A DNA stretch of 64,000 bases from Octopus sinensis (Eukaryota): positions 61,938,001 through 62,002,000 of the forward strand of contig NC_043003.1 in assembly GCF_006345805.1 (NCBI RefSeq). The letters run 5' to 3'. A program made the position numbers and the translations under genes. Below the pieces are notes generated by a model. That model did no database searches. It worked only from the letters and a program-made list of their open reading frames with translations, and had not been told where the DNA came from. Below are positions 52,048 through 64,000 of this stretch, piece after piece. How positions within the stretch are numbered: the stretch's first letter is position 1; each line of letters opens with the position of its first letter.

Positions 52048-52370
52048 ATGCTTGTGTGGTTAAGAAGTTTTCTTATCAACCATGTGTTTTTGCATTCATT
52101 CCCACTGTGTGACATAGGCAAGTGTCTTCTATAGCCTGAGTCTTCCAATACCTTGTAACTGAAATTGTTAGACGGAAAACCACTGTATAAGTGTGTGTAT
52201 GTGAATGTGTATCTTTGTGTCTTCCCACCTGTGTCTGGCATTGTTTATATCAACTGTAAAATGTATTCAGCTGTTGAAAAGTTTTTCATGTGTAAGATCA
52301 GAGAATAAGTAGCTTACTAACTTATGCCCAACCCATGCCAGCATGGGAGAAGTGGGTGTGAAAATGATGA
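52048..52370 (+). mobile_element. SINE with RTE-type 3' tail
   Basis: gcttgtgtggttaagaagtt...ggcaagtgtcttctatagcc...ccaacccatgccagcatgggagaagtgggtgtgaaaatgatgag. Confidence 0.7.
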
Positions 52371-53558
52371 GAATGTCTTCCTTGCCACTAGTGAGTCTAA
52401 CTGAAACAACTTTTCTTGCACAAAACTCACATCCATTCACTATGGTTATGGTTATATCATTCCAGTTATCTTGCCAGACATAACTGCCATTGTAGCAAAG
52501 CTGACAGTTGCAAACCTGAAATTTTAAATGTGAAAGAGAGAGAGCCGTTACTGGTGCTAGTCTAATTTCTCATATAATATGATATATATATTGCACTATA
52601 GCAAGTAATGCTATAATGCATTTATAAGATAGCGTTCCTATGTAAATTTTGAATTATAATTTAATAATTCTGGCTTTTACTTATGTTGAAAAAGAATTGA
52701 TTATTTAGTTTGCAAAAATTATTTTAACAGACGTTAAAAGTAGCATAAATTTTTTGTTACATCAGTAGACACCATATTGATTTATACATTCAAAAGACTG
52801 AAAATCACTCTAGAGATTAAAAATCAGTTTGGATAAAATATGTAACCATTTATGCAAAATAAGTGAGATACAAGAGAGCCTTCAATGGTCACTCCACTTG
52901 CCTCAAATAGCAACTGAATTACCTTTAAACCATGCTCATTCTTCAAAAGGAAGGACACAGGTATTGTAGGGATCACAAATATGAAAAAAGATGGAATACT
53001 TATGGTTGGAACACCTTTGATTATAAGTCTTCTCAACTGAAGTTCACATGGAGCTGAGCCATAAGCAGGATAGTTTCTAAAGTTATATTCAGTATACTTT
53101 CTAATATAGAAGGTACTTGTTAATTTAATCCTTATCCTTGTTTCTTATGAAATTCCTCACAAATAGATTTGAACTTAAAATCCTCATTCACTTTGTGATT
53201 TCACATCTACTTTTATCAATCATAAGAATAGCAAATATATTATAATTAAAGATAGCTTTAGGTGCTCATAGCAATTATTAAATGTTCAGCCTTATAGAAA
53301 TATAAGAAAATTATATTATACATGGTCCTATGGGGCCCCTGGGTCAAGATGCTGCAGCAGTCAACACACTTACCCAAAGATAGTTCTAGTTATCATGTCA
53401 AAAGTATTAACTACTTACATACCAACAATAAATAACAACTTTTGCACAATTTTATGGATAACTAAACACACACACATACTAGCATTATTTATATATGATT
53501 ATAAAAAATATGATATTGATATCTTTTTAATTATCAAGGATATTTGTTAAATTTTCAG

Positions 53559-53647
53559 GTTCTCAGTGGAGTTTGGATTAGAAACGATTATGGAACCGAA
53601 AACTTCAAAAATATCTTTTGGTTCGAAAAGATCAAGAAAAAAATTTG
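53559..53647 (+). CDS. SPO11: SPO11 internal coding exon (equivalent to human exon 3, 89 nt)
   Basis: Splice sites aaattttcag|G...TTTG|gtaatt. Translation (K)FSVEFGLETIMEPKTSKISFGSKRSRKKF vs human KFEDSVGLQMVSHCTTRKIKSDSPKSAQKF. Length 89 nt; phases join correctly to both neighbouring exons (AA|G = Lys, G|AT = Asp). Confidence 0.88.
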
Positions 53648-56600
53648 GTAATTAGTTTATCTATTGATTCTTTGAATTTACTCTCATTAGCAAAAGACAA
53701 TAATTTTTCACAAAATACATACCTACATAATGTAATTTTACAGAATTACATTTGTATTGTCTAACAAGTAAAAATATAACATACTGTCATGAAATTTCTC
53801 TCTATACATTCCCCGTTGGAAAATATTTGTTGATATTTATTTATTTTCACACATATACTTGGCGCCTTAATGATTAATTTATCAGTATTTCAATCTCTTT
53901 ATTGAGATAATCAGGAAAAATGCAAAAATTCAATCTACATATGTTCAATCTGATATTTTTAACATATATACAGGATATGAAATTGTTATGACGGAAAGAT
54001 TAAATTTACCACAATTTGATTATTAACCTGAAATTTTACAGATGTAAACCAAAGAACTGAATAAATGAATATTTTACAGTTTTATAAAAATTCACAATGA
54101 AATTATTAAGCATATTAATCAAAAAAATGAACCTTCTTCATTTGAAGAAAAAATTGCAATATAACAAAGCAGTGTTCCTAACTTATGACTTGTCTTATGA
54201 TGTGTTATGAGTTTGAATCCCCTTCCACACTTCTCTGGATAGTAACTTGGCATTTACTGACTTTCTTTAGACTATGATTATAAAAATAAAGACAAATGTG
54301 ACAATGTAGAACAGAAAGATTATCAAATTAACCTACATTGATTTATGATGATATAAATCTCTGTTCAAGTCAAAATAATTAAACCATTTGTATGCTTGCA
54401 AGAGCATTTATTTAGCAACTGTATAGTTTGTCTGTTAAAATCAACAACATATGATATAGTCTTTATAGAGGATTAATGAAAATATGAAAATAAACATAAG
54501 GCAAAATGTCAAACATTATAAACTTTTCTTATATATTAATAATGGTTAATAAAAAGGTTTATTTGAGTAAGTTCTGGTGAATTAAGGTTCACTAACAATT
54601 TAATTTGTAAATCTATCTAGCAACTGCCATTTCTATGTTCTGTGCAAAAAGTTGTACTAGTAACCTGTTTTATGTTGTTTAACTATGTACATGTAAATGG
54701 GTTTGATTATTACACTATGATATTCAAAGAAGAAAGAGTAGAAGTTTTGACGTATTGATGCCTTTTGTGACTGATGAGATTGATGACCAAAGTTTATTGG
54801 AAATATGAAGATAAAGAGGGATTATCAAAAATGTGGAGTAGATGTGGAAAACAAGGTACAGTAAAGATCACAAAAGGAGGAGGAAGAAATATGGGATTTA
54901 TAGGTCAAAGTTTAGAGATGTAGAAGCTTTTATGGTAGCAACAAAAGAAGACGGAAGCAACTGTACATCTATGAGCTGTTGGTTGAAGCATGTCAGTAAT
55001 TCTTATCAGTCCATCGAATTAACTTCTTTTGAATGCAGTCTAGAATGTTAGTGCATTTGGTTTATAAGGCTTAACAATGAGAAGACCAAATGTGTGATGG
55101 CTAAATTCAAATGTCTGAAAGACCAGAATGCTAAAAGCTTGAAAGACTGCAAGCTTGGTCTTTTGAAATATTTTTGGGGGAAAAAAAGATCATAAGAAAA
55201 ACAATTTTTTTTTTACTTAAAAGGAAGTTGAAAGTGTATTGGAAGGATATGATGCTGTAGGAATAAACAATATAGTTTATTTATCAAATATTTCTATTCT
55301 TAAATTCTCTTATTAAATATTTTCATTCTTTGCTTTTCAATAGAAACGTAAACATATGAAGTAATGAAAAGTTTGAATTTTGATTGTTGAAATTAGGCTT
55401 GTGCATTTGTTTATATTCCTTTTCCTTCATTCTTTTATCACAAAATTCCGCCATATCCTTTCCTTTAGGTAATCTGACTTTTTGATCATTTGAATTTGGA
55501 CATGTCACATTTGTCCTTCTAACATCCAGCCTTATAATTAGCTTCCAACATTAATGTTCATAGTAGAGGCACTGAGCCTCAAATGTAAGCAGTACTCTAA
55601 TGTAGGTTTTACTTAAGTGTTATAGATGGTCAGCACTGATCAAGGTTGAAGTATATATTGGCTCTAAAAAGGAGTCTTACATTTTAATATGATAGCAATA
55701 ACAATGTGTCTGTAGTTCACAGGATTGGAAAGATAGCCCATTTTAGAATAAGATACACTAGCATATTTCTGATGATCAGAATAGACACCTAGAGAGAAAG
55801 AAATCAGAGTTCAACAAAGATAGAAATTATATCTAGAACACACTGTTTGAGTATGATGGAAAGGATGTCATCAGCACTAGCCAATGGCTAGGTTTGACTA
55901 ATCAAGGTAATTCATGCACTTGGTGACTGTTTGCGTGAAATCATGAAACTGTTAGTGTGAAAAAGGAATGTTTAGCAAGAGTTTTGTTGAGTACATGGTA
56001 TGTAGGAATAGAGTTGAAATGAGAAGCAAGGGATTTCATTAAATGAAATTGCATTTAGATAATAATTTTGTCATTGCAATAAAATCAGTCATGATGCCAA
56101 TAAAATCTTGCCAGTATATTGTATGACATTATCTGTTTATGACAGATTCAATATAAGTGAAGGAGCTGATTGCTATTAGTGTCTGGGATATCTAAGAGGA
56201 CTGATTGCAGATTAGTTAATATCATATTCTGTGCATTGTTCTTGTTTAGCTCCAGGTTAATCCCAATGAAGCAAACCTCTTATCAAAGATATTTCAACCC
56301 TGACCATACAGTTCATCTTTCAGTACTGTGTATCTAGGATGACATTATCTGCTGCATTTTCTTTAAGATAGTAAGATGTGGGAGATTTGTCAGTTATTTC
56401 TCATCTTAGTATGGTTGAGAGAGCTGTTCTATTTCCAGATAGTAACAATTAAGCCAAAGTCAGCAGTAACAAATTAACTAATGTTTTATTGAATGCTTAA
56501 TTTTGTACTGCACTTTCAATAGGTAATGTCTCAGATTTTTGTTTTATATTAAAATTTGGTGAATAAAGAACCTTTTAATGACATGAAATCATATGTTCCC

Positions 56601-57030
56601 TCAGTTGTTTTCCAGCTGAAGCTGCTAATACTAAGAGTAGTCTGAAAAAATTTGTAGTGAAAAAATTTGTACTCCACTTGTGCTATTTTAGCTATTGAAG
56701 ACCTGATGTTTTACCTATACCATGACTTGTTCAGATAACATCTTCAATGCTTATCTCAGGAACTAAATGATTTTATCGTAATAAGGAAGATTTCCAGAGT
56801 TTTCAGTGCCTGTGATCAAAATCATTCTACTTGTGACCAACCATCTTATTTCATTTATCTAGAACTACATTATTCAGTGTGCCCCCTTTTTTTTTAAAAG
56901 ATGGCAGACTGTGATTTGAAGGTAATTTGTCTGCTATTTGTGGCAGTGAAGTGATTATGTAAAAGTTCCCTCATTAACTTTAGATTGCTCAGGGCTACAG
57001 TTTATGAATTGATAGAATGATAATGATTTA

Positions 57031-57330
57031 TACTGGGTGTCCAGAAAATTTTGTCTAATTTTGGTAAAAATAAGTAACTAATCTGTATAATAATAGACAA
57101 ATCATTGACTCAATTTTTATTATTGAAATGGTTGTATTTGTATAATTGGAATGTAAAAAGAACAGACACTCTGTAATTTTAGTTAGTTGTAATTCAATTC
57201 AAATTGTTCCCCTTCATAAAAAATAATCAATTTTATGTAGAATTGAGCAAAATTAAATGTTTTTTTTTAGCTTTATTGATTAGTTTGTCAGTTTTACTAA
57301 AATTCGGTGAAACTTTCTGGATAGCCTGAT
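57031..57330. mobile_element. Degenerate mariner MITE (TIRs related to the 19548 element)
   Basis: tactgggtgtccagaaaattttgtctaattt ... aaattcggtgaaactttctggatagcctga. Confidence 0.5.
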
Positions 57331-58264
57331 GCAACATATATATATGTGCCTGTGATATAAAATATATGTACATAATGTTTTATGTAAATATAGTATTACA
57401 TTGTACATTCACATATGTACATTATAGGAAAAGAAAAAAGTAACCATTATGTATTTGATTCAAGAGATGCACAAACAACCAATAAATCATCAGCTTATTG
57501 TTGCCACAACACAGTGTAACACAAAACAGATTAGTGATCTATTCATGCTTTTAAACTGATATATCATCAAATATCAAGTCTCCACTAGAAGAGTAACTTC
57601 TATAGAAACTATAATTATTTTGAGGTAATATGAAATTGTAAACTGGTCATTGCCGGTTTAAAAGAGCCAAGTAAGAAATGAAAGAAGAATGCATATCAAC
57701 CCTTGACAATTGTATTTTCTATTATGTAACAATAAGTTAATTGATGAACTAAACTAGTAAATTTTGTATTGAAATGTGAAAATAAAATTTGTCTAAGTCT
57801 CTGCAAGATGGATAGCAGAGTAATAATGTTCATTGAAAAATACCCATTAGATTTTACTTAAAACAATAATAAAACACCTTACAAGTCACTATTGTGAACA
57901 AACAATTGAAAATTCCAGGAATGATGTATCCTATTCCACTTTGTGTTAACACAAATATATTAAAATCTTTATAACAGTTTAACAAAGTAGAAGTGATAAT
58001 TTTTATTTTACATTCTGATTCATTGATTATATTTGTGTCATTATGATATTTTGGTGTTAAAGTTTTGTGAAATATATCTGATGGCTCTAGATCCTAAACA
58101 GCAAGGTAATGAATGCATCTCTGTGAAATATTGGGATAAATATTTTGAAATCGTTATTTTTTTTGTGTAAGAATTATATCTCAATACATGAACTCATATC
58201 AAATTACTTACAAAATGTGTAAAACAATTTTTCTCAATATTTGCTTATCAAACCAAATTCGCAA

Positions 58265-58702
58265 AGTCGATTACTGGCACCCATGCTAGTGGAGTGCTAA
58301 GAGCACCATCTGAGTGTGATCGCTGACTGGTTTCCATGCCAGTGGCACGTAAAATGCACCATTCAAACGAGATTGTTACCAGCGTTGCCTTACAGGCACT
58401 TGCGCTGGTGGCACATGAAACACATTCAAGCTAGGTCGTTGCCAGTGTCGCTGGACTGGCTCCTGTGAAGGTGGCATGTAAAAAACACCACTTGAGCATG
58501 GCTGTTGCCAGTACCACCTGACTGGCCCTTGTGCCAGTGGCATGTAAAAGCACCCACTACACTCACGGAGTGGTTGGCATTAGGAAGGGCATCTAGCTGT
58601 AGAAACTCTGCCAGATCAGATTGGAGCTTGGTGCAGCCATCTGGTTTGCCAGTCCTCAGTCAAATCGTCCAACCCATGCTAAACGATGATAATGATGATG
58701 AT
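58265..58702 (+). mobile_element. RTE 3' UTR with 5-6 tandem GGCAC/TGTAAAA..CACC units and (GAT)n tail
   Basis: Repeated ccagtggcacgtaaaatgcacc-like units, then ggaagggcatctagctgtagaaac and the tail. Confidence 0.85.
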
Positions 58703-58777
58703 TTCCCTTTAGATGTTTTTCCCAATATTTGCTTATATTTCTCCTTACAATTGATTGCAAATACATAATCACAGATG

Positions 58778-58897
58778 AATATGTATATATCAATATGCTT
58801 ATATATACATATAATGTCTAAATATGTATATATCAATATGCTTATATATACATATAATGTCTAAATATGTATATATCAATACGCTTATAATGTCTAA
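58778..58897. repeat. 43-bp minisatellite, 2 identical copies plus one shortened copy
   Basis: aatatgtatatatcaatatgcttatatatacatataatgtcta starts at 58778, 58821 and (deleted form) 58864. Confidence 0.92.
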
Positions 58898-59179
58898 ACA
58901 ACAGTTATTGAAATCATTTAGTTACATAATTATAATTACAGGTTACTATATTTAATACGGTGCCATGAAAATAAATTGAAATTATAACTAATATGGGGAA
59001 AAAATTTGTTAGTGTTAAGGAAATTTCTCTCAGAGGGAACAAGAGAAAGATAAAAATCAAATGAAGTTATGTAAGGAAGAAGTAGGGAGAAAGTAGTCAA
59101 ATCTTTCGTGGGTATAGTGACAAATTTCTTGGTGAATACAAATTTAAAACTCAATTTACTCATTGACTAAAAATCTGTT

Positions 59180-59400
59180 TGTGTGTCTGTGTTTGTCTCC
59201 CCAACATCGCTTGACAACCGATGGTGGTGTGTTTACGTCCCCATAACTTAGCTGTTCGACAAAAGAGACTGATAGAATAAGTACTAGGCTTACAAAGAAT
59301 AAGTCCTGGGGTCGATTTGCTCGACTAAAGGCGGTACTCCAGCATGGCCACAGTCAAATGACTGAAACAAATAAAAGAGAAAAAAGAAAAAGAGAAAGAG
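59180..59400 (+). mobile_element. CORE-type octopus SINE with A-rich tail
   Basis: gtttacgtccccataacttagctgttcgacaaaagagactgatagaataagtactaggcttacaaagaataagtcctggggtcgat...gtcaaatgactgaaacaaataaaaga. Confidence 0.88.
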
Positions 59401-59887
59401 GTTGCTTTTCTTGTATCAATATACACAGATTTTGATAAACAAAATGTATCTAGATTATAGGAGGGTTTGTTAGTTGGAATATTACCTTTGAGTTTTGATT
59501 TCTGTAAAAATCTAAATTAGATGTTTTTACTAATTCCAAAAATATGTATAGTATGAGGTAACAAGAAAACCTCATAGTTACTTGTCATGCTAGAAACAAC
59601 ATCCAAATCTCCCATTACATCTTAGCATCTGAAAAATAAGAAGAAAATATTGAATAATATAACTTTAGATAAACATTGCCTGAAAAGAATATAAAACTTC
59701 AACAACAATGAAAGACATGATGGTTACAGCTGGAATGCTTTCAATTTCAAGGCTAATCTATGGCATTACAAAAACAATGTGCATTAATTAATATTCATGA
59801 GTGTTACCAATAATGAATTTAAAAGATTTACTGAAGATTCACTGAATATATTAAAAGTAGTCAGTAATGGAGGTAATAAGAATTTTA

Positions 59888-59889
<2 letters not shown>

Positions 59890-59930
<41 letters not shown>
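59890..59930. repeat. (TA)n microsatellite about 55 nt upstream of SPO11 exon 4
   Basis: Directly visible. Confidence 0.95.
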
Positions 59931-59936
<6 letters not shown>

Positions 59937-59983
59937 ATAAAATTTCTAAAAGTTGTAGTTAATAAATTTTGTTTTTATTACAG

Positions 59984-60050
59984 ATCTGTTATTAAAGTTA
60001 CTGGCAATTATATACCAGCTTGTTCAAACTGATGCTTACAGAACTAAAAG
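59984..60050 (+). CDS. SPO11: SPO11 internal coding exon (equivalent to human exon 4, 67 nt; ends just before the RDxYY catalytic-Tyr motif)
   Basis: Splice sites gtttttattacag|AT...AAAAG|gtattt. Translation (D)LLLKLLAIIYQLVQTDAYRTK(R) vs human SLILKILSMIYKLVQSNTYATKR. Length 67 nt. Confidence 0.95.
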
Positions 60051-60571
60051 GTATTTAACACTTAATATGTTTAACTATGTATGGTGGCTTACTGATTGCT
60101 CTAAGAAACAAATGTTACCATAATTTACTGCAAATGAAGGTCAAGTCTATGTGGCTTTAATATTCATAGTGATATATTCATGGTGGAGTGGCAAAACCAG
60201 TAGGGTTACAGATACAGTGCCTTGTAATATTTCAGTGCTTTTACTCTGTGTTTAAATCTTGCCAAGGGATACCTTTGTTTTTTTATCTCCTTAGGGTTCG
60301 TAAAATAAGTACCAGTTATGTATCGGAATTGTTTAATCAGCTATATCCATCACCTAAATTTGTCTATATTAGAAATCAATACTTTGAATGTAATATACAA
60401 TTTCAAAGTACATTTTGTAACCAGTTTCTATGATGCCTTGAAATTTTAAAAATGTATGTGATTTGAAGATAGTAAAAATTCTTTTTTGCCATAACTATTT
60501 AATTCCATCTGAAAAGAAACAATATATTTGATATTAGGTCAATGTTTATCGATTTAAATAACAATACATAT

Positions 60572-62230
60572 ATCATCATCATCATCATCATCATTATTTA
60601 ACATGTGTTTTCTAGGCTGGCATGGCCTGGATGGTTTGACAAAAGCTGATCAGCTGAAGGGCCGTTCAGGGTCCACATCTGTTTTGGTATGGTTTCTACA
60701 GCTGGATGCCCTTCTTAATGCCAATCACTTTACAGAGTGTACTAGGTGCTTTTACACAGCACCAACACAGGTGCTTTTTATGTGACACCAGCACCTACAA
60801 GTCCACTAGACTAGGGATGCTCAGCTGGAGAGGGTTGTAGGGATAAGCCTGTATGCAAGGGCAGTCATGCTTTCACTTAGCTTGATGTATCTTTTCAAGC
60901 ACAGCAAACTGCCAAGAATCTCAGTCCTCTGTCATCCCCTCTGTGAGTTGCAATGTCTGTAAATCCTTTCTCGCCAATTTGTCTCATGTCTTCTTGGGTC
61001 TACCTGTTCTACCTGTCCCCTCTGTAGTTAGAGACTGGCACCTCATAAGGCAACTGTCTTCATTCATACACAGTGTATGGCTATACCAGTGCAGTCTTCT
61101 CTCTTGCACACAACATCTGATGCTATGTACACCCAGTTTTTCTCTCAGATTACTCACACTCTGCTGCATATGCATACTAACATTACCTATCTAGCGAAGC
61201 ATACTGGCTTCATTTCTTTCAAGTGTTCACATATCTTCAGTGGTCACAGCCCATATCTCACTGCCATGTGGCTTAGCTGTTCATACACAGGCATTGCACA
61301 GTCTGCTTTTCATCCTGAGGGAGAGGCCCTTCATAACTAATAGAGATAGTAGCTCTCTGAACTTCACCGTATTCTTATTCTAGCAGCTATGCTTTTGGAA
61401 CAACTACCACCACACTTACTTGGCCGCTTAAGTGATGGAAACTGTCTACTACTTCTAGGAATCCCCCCACCTGGCATATAAAGGAGTCTATTTTTTGCAC
61501 ATTGCTGGTGTTTAACGTACCTGCACATTTACTACATGTAAAGACTACTTTCTCTTTTAGACATCCAGTGATACCACTGCACCTCTTATGCATCCATAGC
61601 TTGCACTAGGTACACCTTACAGAGTTTCTTTTCTACATATCAAGCAGGGCCATCTCTCTGAAGGAATCTGTGATTTGTCAATTTTTCTACTTATCAATAT
61701 TTTGGTCTTTGCTAAATTAACTCGAAGGCCCTTTGGTTCCAGACCTTGCTGCCATACCTGAAATTTCTTTTCTAGTTCTGGTAATGATTCAGCAATAAGA
61801 ACAAGGTCATCAGCATAGATGAGCTCCCAAGGGCAGCCAGTCTTAAATTCCTCAGTTATAGCTTGGAGAACCATGATAAATAAGAGGGGACTAGGAACCA
61901 AACCATGGTGGACTCTTACTTGTTCACTAAACTCCTTGCTGTACTCATTAGTGACTCACCTTACTAACAGCATCCCTGCACATGGTTTGTGCAGCTCTTA
62001 CTAACTGTTCATCTATTCCTAGTTTCTGCATTGCCCACCAGATAAGGGGGCAGGGGACCCTGTCAAAGGCTTTCTCCATGTTGACAAAAGGCAGAAACAG
62101 AGGTCTACTTTTGGCCAAGTATTTATCCTGCAGTTGCCTCACCAGGAAGATAGCATTGGTGGAGCTTCTCCCTAGCACAAATCCAAACTGTATCTTATTT
62201 ATACTAACTGCAACAATAAATAAAATCATG
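60572..62230 (-). mobile_element. 5'-truncated RTE LINE (decayed RT), antisense to SPO11
   Basis: QFGFVLGRSSTNAIFLVRQLQDKY...FVNMEKAFDRVP; PLLFIMVLQAITEEFKTGCPWELIYADDLVLIAES; RRLHWYSH; GRPKKT; (CAT)n at 60572-60593. Confidence 0.93.
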
Positions 62231-64000
62231 AAAACCTGGCATTACATAATGGTCTTTCCATAGCATCATAGCATCTGTTTATCTATAATCTTTCAATGTG
62301 AATATTTTTTTTTGAACTGAATAATAATAGAAAGAAAGAAAAATTGAAGAAATAGAACTATATAGACTATGTACAATGTCTTTGCTCCATCATTGAATAT
62401 GTTTTAGGAATATTGTATTTGAAATTCACATATCATCAATTTGAAAAGTTTGTTGTCATTGCACTCATTGCAATTTTTTAATGTTATACTTTTTCATATT
62501 GTTATGGGTTGGATGAGTCTATATTATGTAAAATCATCACTTCTGATCCTGGGTTATTTCATCAGTGTCACCAGGGATTTCACTTCATCCTCATGTGTCC
62601 GTACTCTGACAATCATTTCTTCTGCATTCAGCAGTTAATGTTTCTAAGGTCCAGTCACTATTTCAGCTGACTTGTGCTCTGCCTTTCATGCAAGTTAATA
62701 TTACACATCTTGCTAGCTATATTCAAATTATTTATATATTTGTAAAACTTTCACATTTGATGTCCATAGCTTACTACCAGTGTAATCTTACATTACTTAC
62801 ACAAAAACAGAAAGCCCTATGTTTAACTTCTCTCACCTCTGCGTTGCCCTAGCTACTATACTTCACAACAACACTCATATTACTAACTAGGTCATCTTCA
62901 TAACTGAAATGATCTACAAGATCTAGCAATTCTTTGACAAATTCCTAATGCTAATTATGCTCGTGTATTTAAGGCAGTCAGTTAGAGTTCTCATTGCATC
63001 TTGTATACATTAATGCTTTTCATTAAGTCCATTTCCTTATGTAGATGAGCTTCAAAAGGATATGCATGCAACAGAAATATATCAATATCTTGCCAAAGTA
63101 ATAGATTACTAATCAGAACTAGCGGATGTATCATACATGAAGATAGAAGACAAGAAACACTAAAGTGCTTAGATATCTAGCATAGAGAGAAAAACTTAAC
63201 ATTCATGGAAAATCCTCGCTTGCACCATGTACAGCAATATTTTAAAAGGTTATTTGCATTATCATTCTTAATACACTACACAGGTTCAAATGCAAAATAT
63301 GCTGTTCACTTTTTTGTACATCATAGAAGAATATTTTCCATTTATGACAACAGTGTGCTCATAACACAACTGGCTCTTTATGGTACAGTATTCTGGGATA
63401 CCAGTATTTTGATGTGTTATGTCTTATCAGCCCGAGGCACCCAAGCATCTCAGAATCCCATGTGACAATGAACAGAATATGTTATGAACACATTGTTGTC
63501 ATAAAAGCGAGATGTTGTTATTATATGGTGTACACTACAGCCACCACCATATTTTGCATTTGAACCTGCCTGGACTGATCAAGAATGAATATGCAAATAC
63601 TCATTTAATATTCTTGAATACAATAAAAAGAATACTAACTTGTTGCAATGATATGAGATACAGCTAAGCAAACTCATCTGTTCAAGATATCATGGCTTTT
63701 AAAAGTTTATATGAAAGCTTTTAGAAATTTAGAAATATAAAATACTTGAGTGCTCAAATAGCAGAAACGAGTATTGCTCACATTTTGCCTTAGTTTGTTA
63801 AAGGCTAATGTCCATGGGTTAAGCTACAGGATTATGATGTTTTGCAGTTAATACTCATGTCAGTTATGCACCATGTCCAGATTATTTGATTATTTCATTT
63901 AAAAAATTGAGAAATCATTTCCAAAATCTTCTTTTATGAACAATTTTTAAATGATCAGATAATTAAAATTAATTTCCATTTTAAGGTGATGTCAAACTGG

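Larger units (their letters stand above)
2128..53558 (+). other. SPO11: SPO11 intron 2, 51,431 bp, GC-AG type
   Basis: Defined by the flanking exons. Begins gcaagt and ends ttttcag. I found no other SPO11-like exon inside it, and the junction is in frame only with the GC donor. Confidence 0.8.
53648..59983 (+). other. SPO11: SPO11 intron 3, 6,336 bp, GT-AG
   Basis: Begins gtaatt and ends ttacag, between the 89-nt and 67-nt exons. Confidence 0.88.

Noticed and set aside
60051-64000. Search for SPO11 exon 5 (RDxYY, catalytic Tyr)
   Set aside because: No phase-2 acceptor followed by a DxYY-like frame was found. The exon is presumably beyond the window end.

Overview
Gap-free, AT-rich, repeat-laden eukaryotic DNA. 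The repeat repertoire (tRNA/CORE-type SINEs, RTE LINEs with (GAT)n tails, long microsatellites) suggests an octopus or other coleoid cephalopod; this is inference, not proof. The only host gene I can support is SPO11 (meiotic Topo VI-A-like transesterase) on the + strand. It is absent from the ORF track because its exons are short: 2014-2127 (114 nt), 53559-53647 (89 nt) and 59984-60050 (67 nt). These match human exons 2, 3 and 4 in length and phase (human sizes recalled, not looked up) and splice to CDILRKIENIILKILKSLEKGIMPSFEYANHSSWDNIKFSVEFGLETIMEPKTSKISFGSKRSRKKFDLLLKLLAIIYQLVQTDAYRTK(R). The start codon and the catalytic-Tyr exon were not found and probably lie outside the window. About 80% of the window is one 51,431-bp intron that needs a non-canonical GC donor to stay in frame. 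That intron holds a near-intact 5'-truncated CR1 LINE, many RTE/SINE copies, mariner, maT and pogo relics, two Penelope-type hammerhead ribozyme motifs (one with a compensatory U3-A8 core), a near-perfect 111-bp inverted repeat, and weak hints of an antisense transcript. Almost all other ORFs in the supplied track are TE fragments or microsatellite read-throughs.
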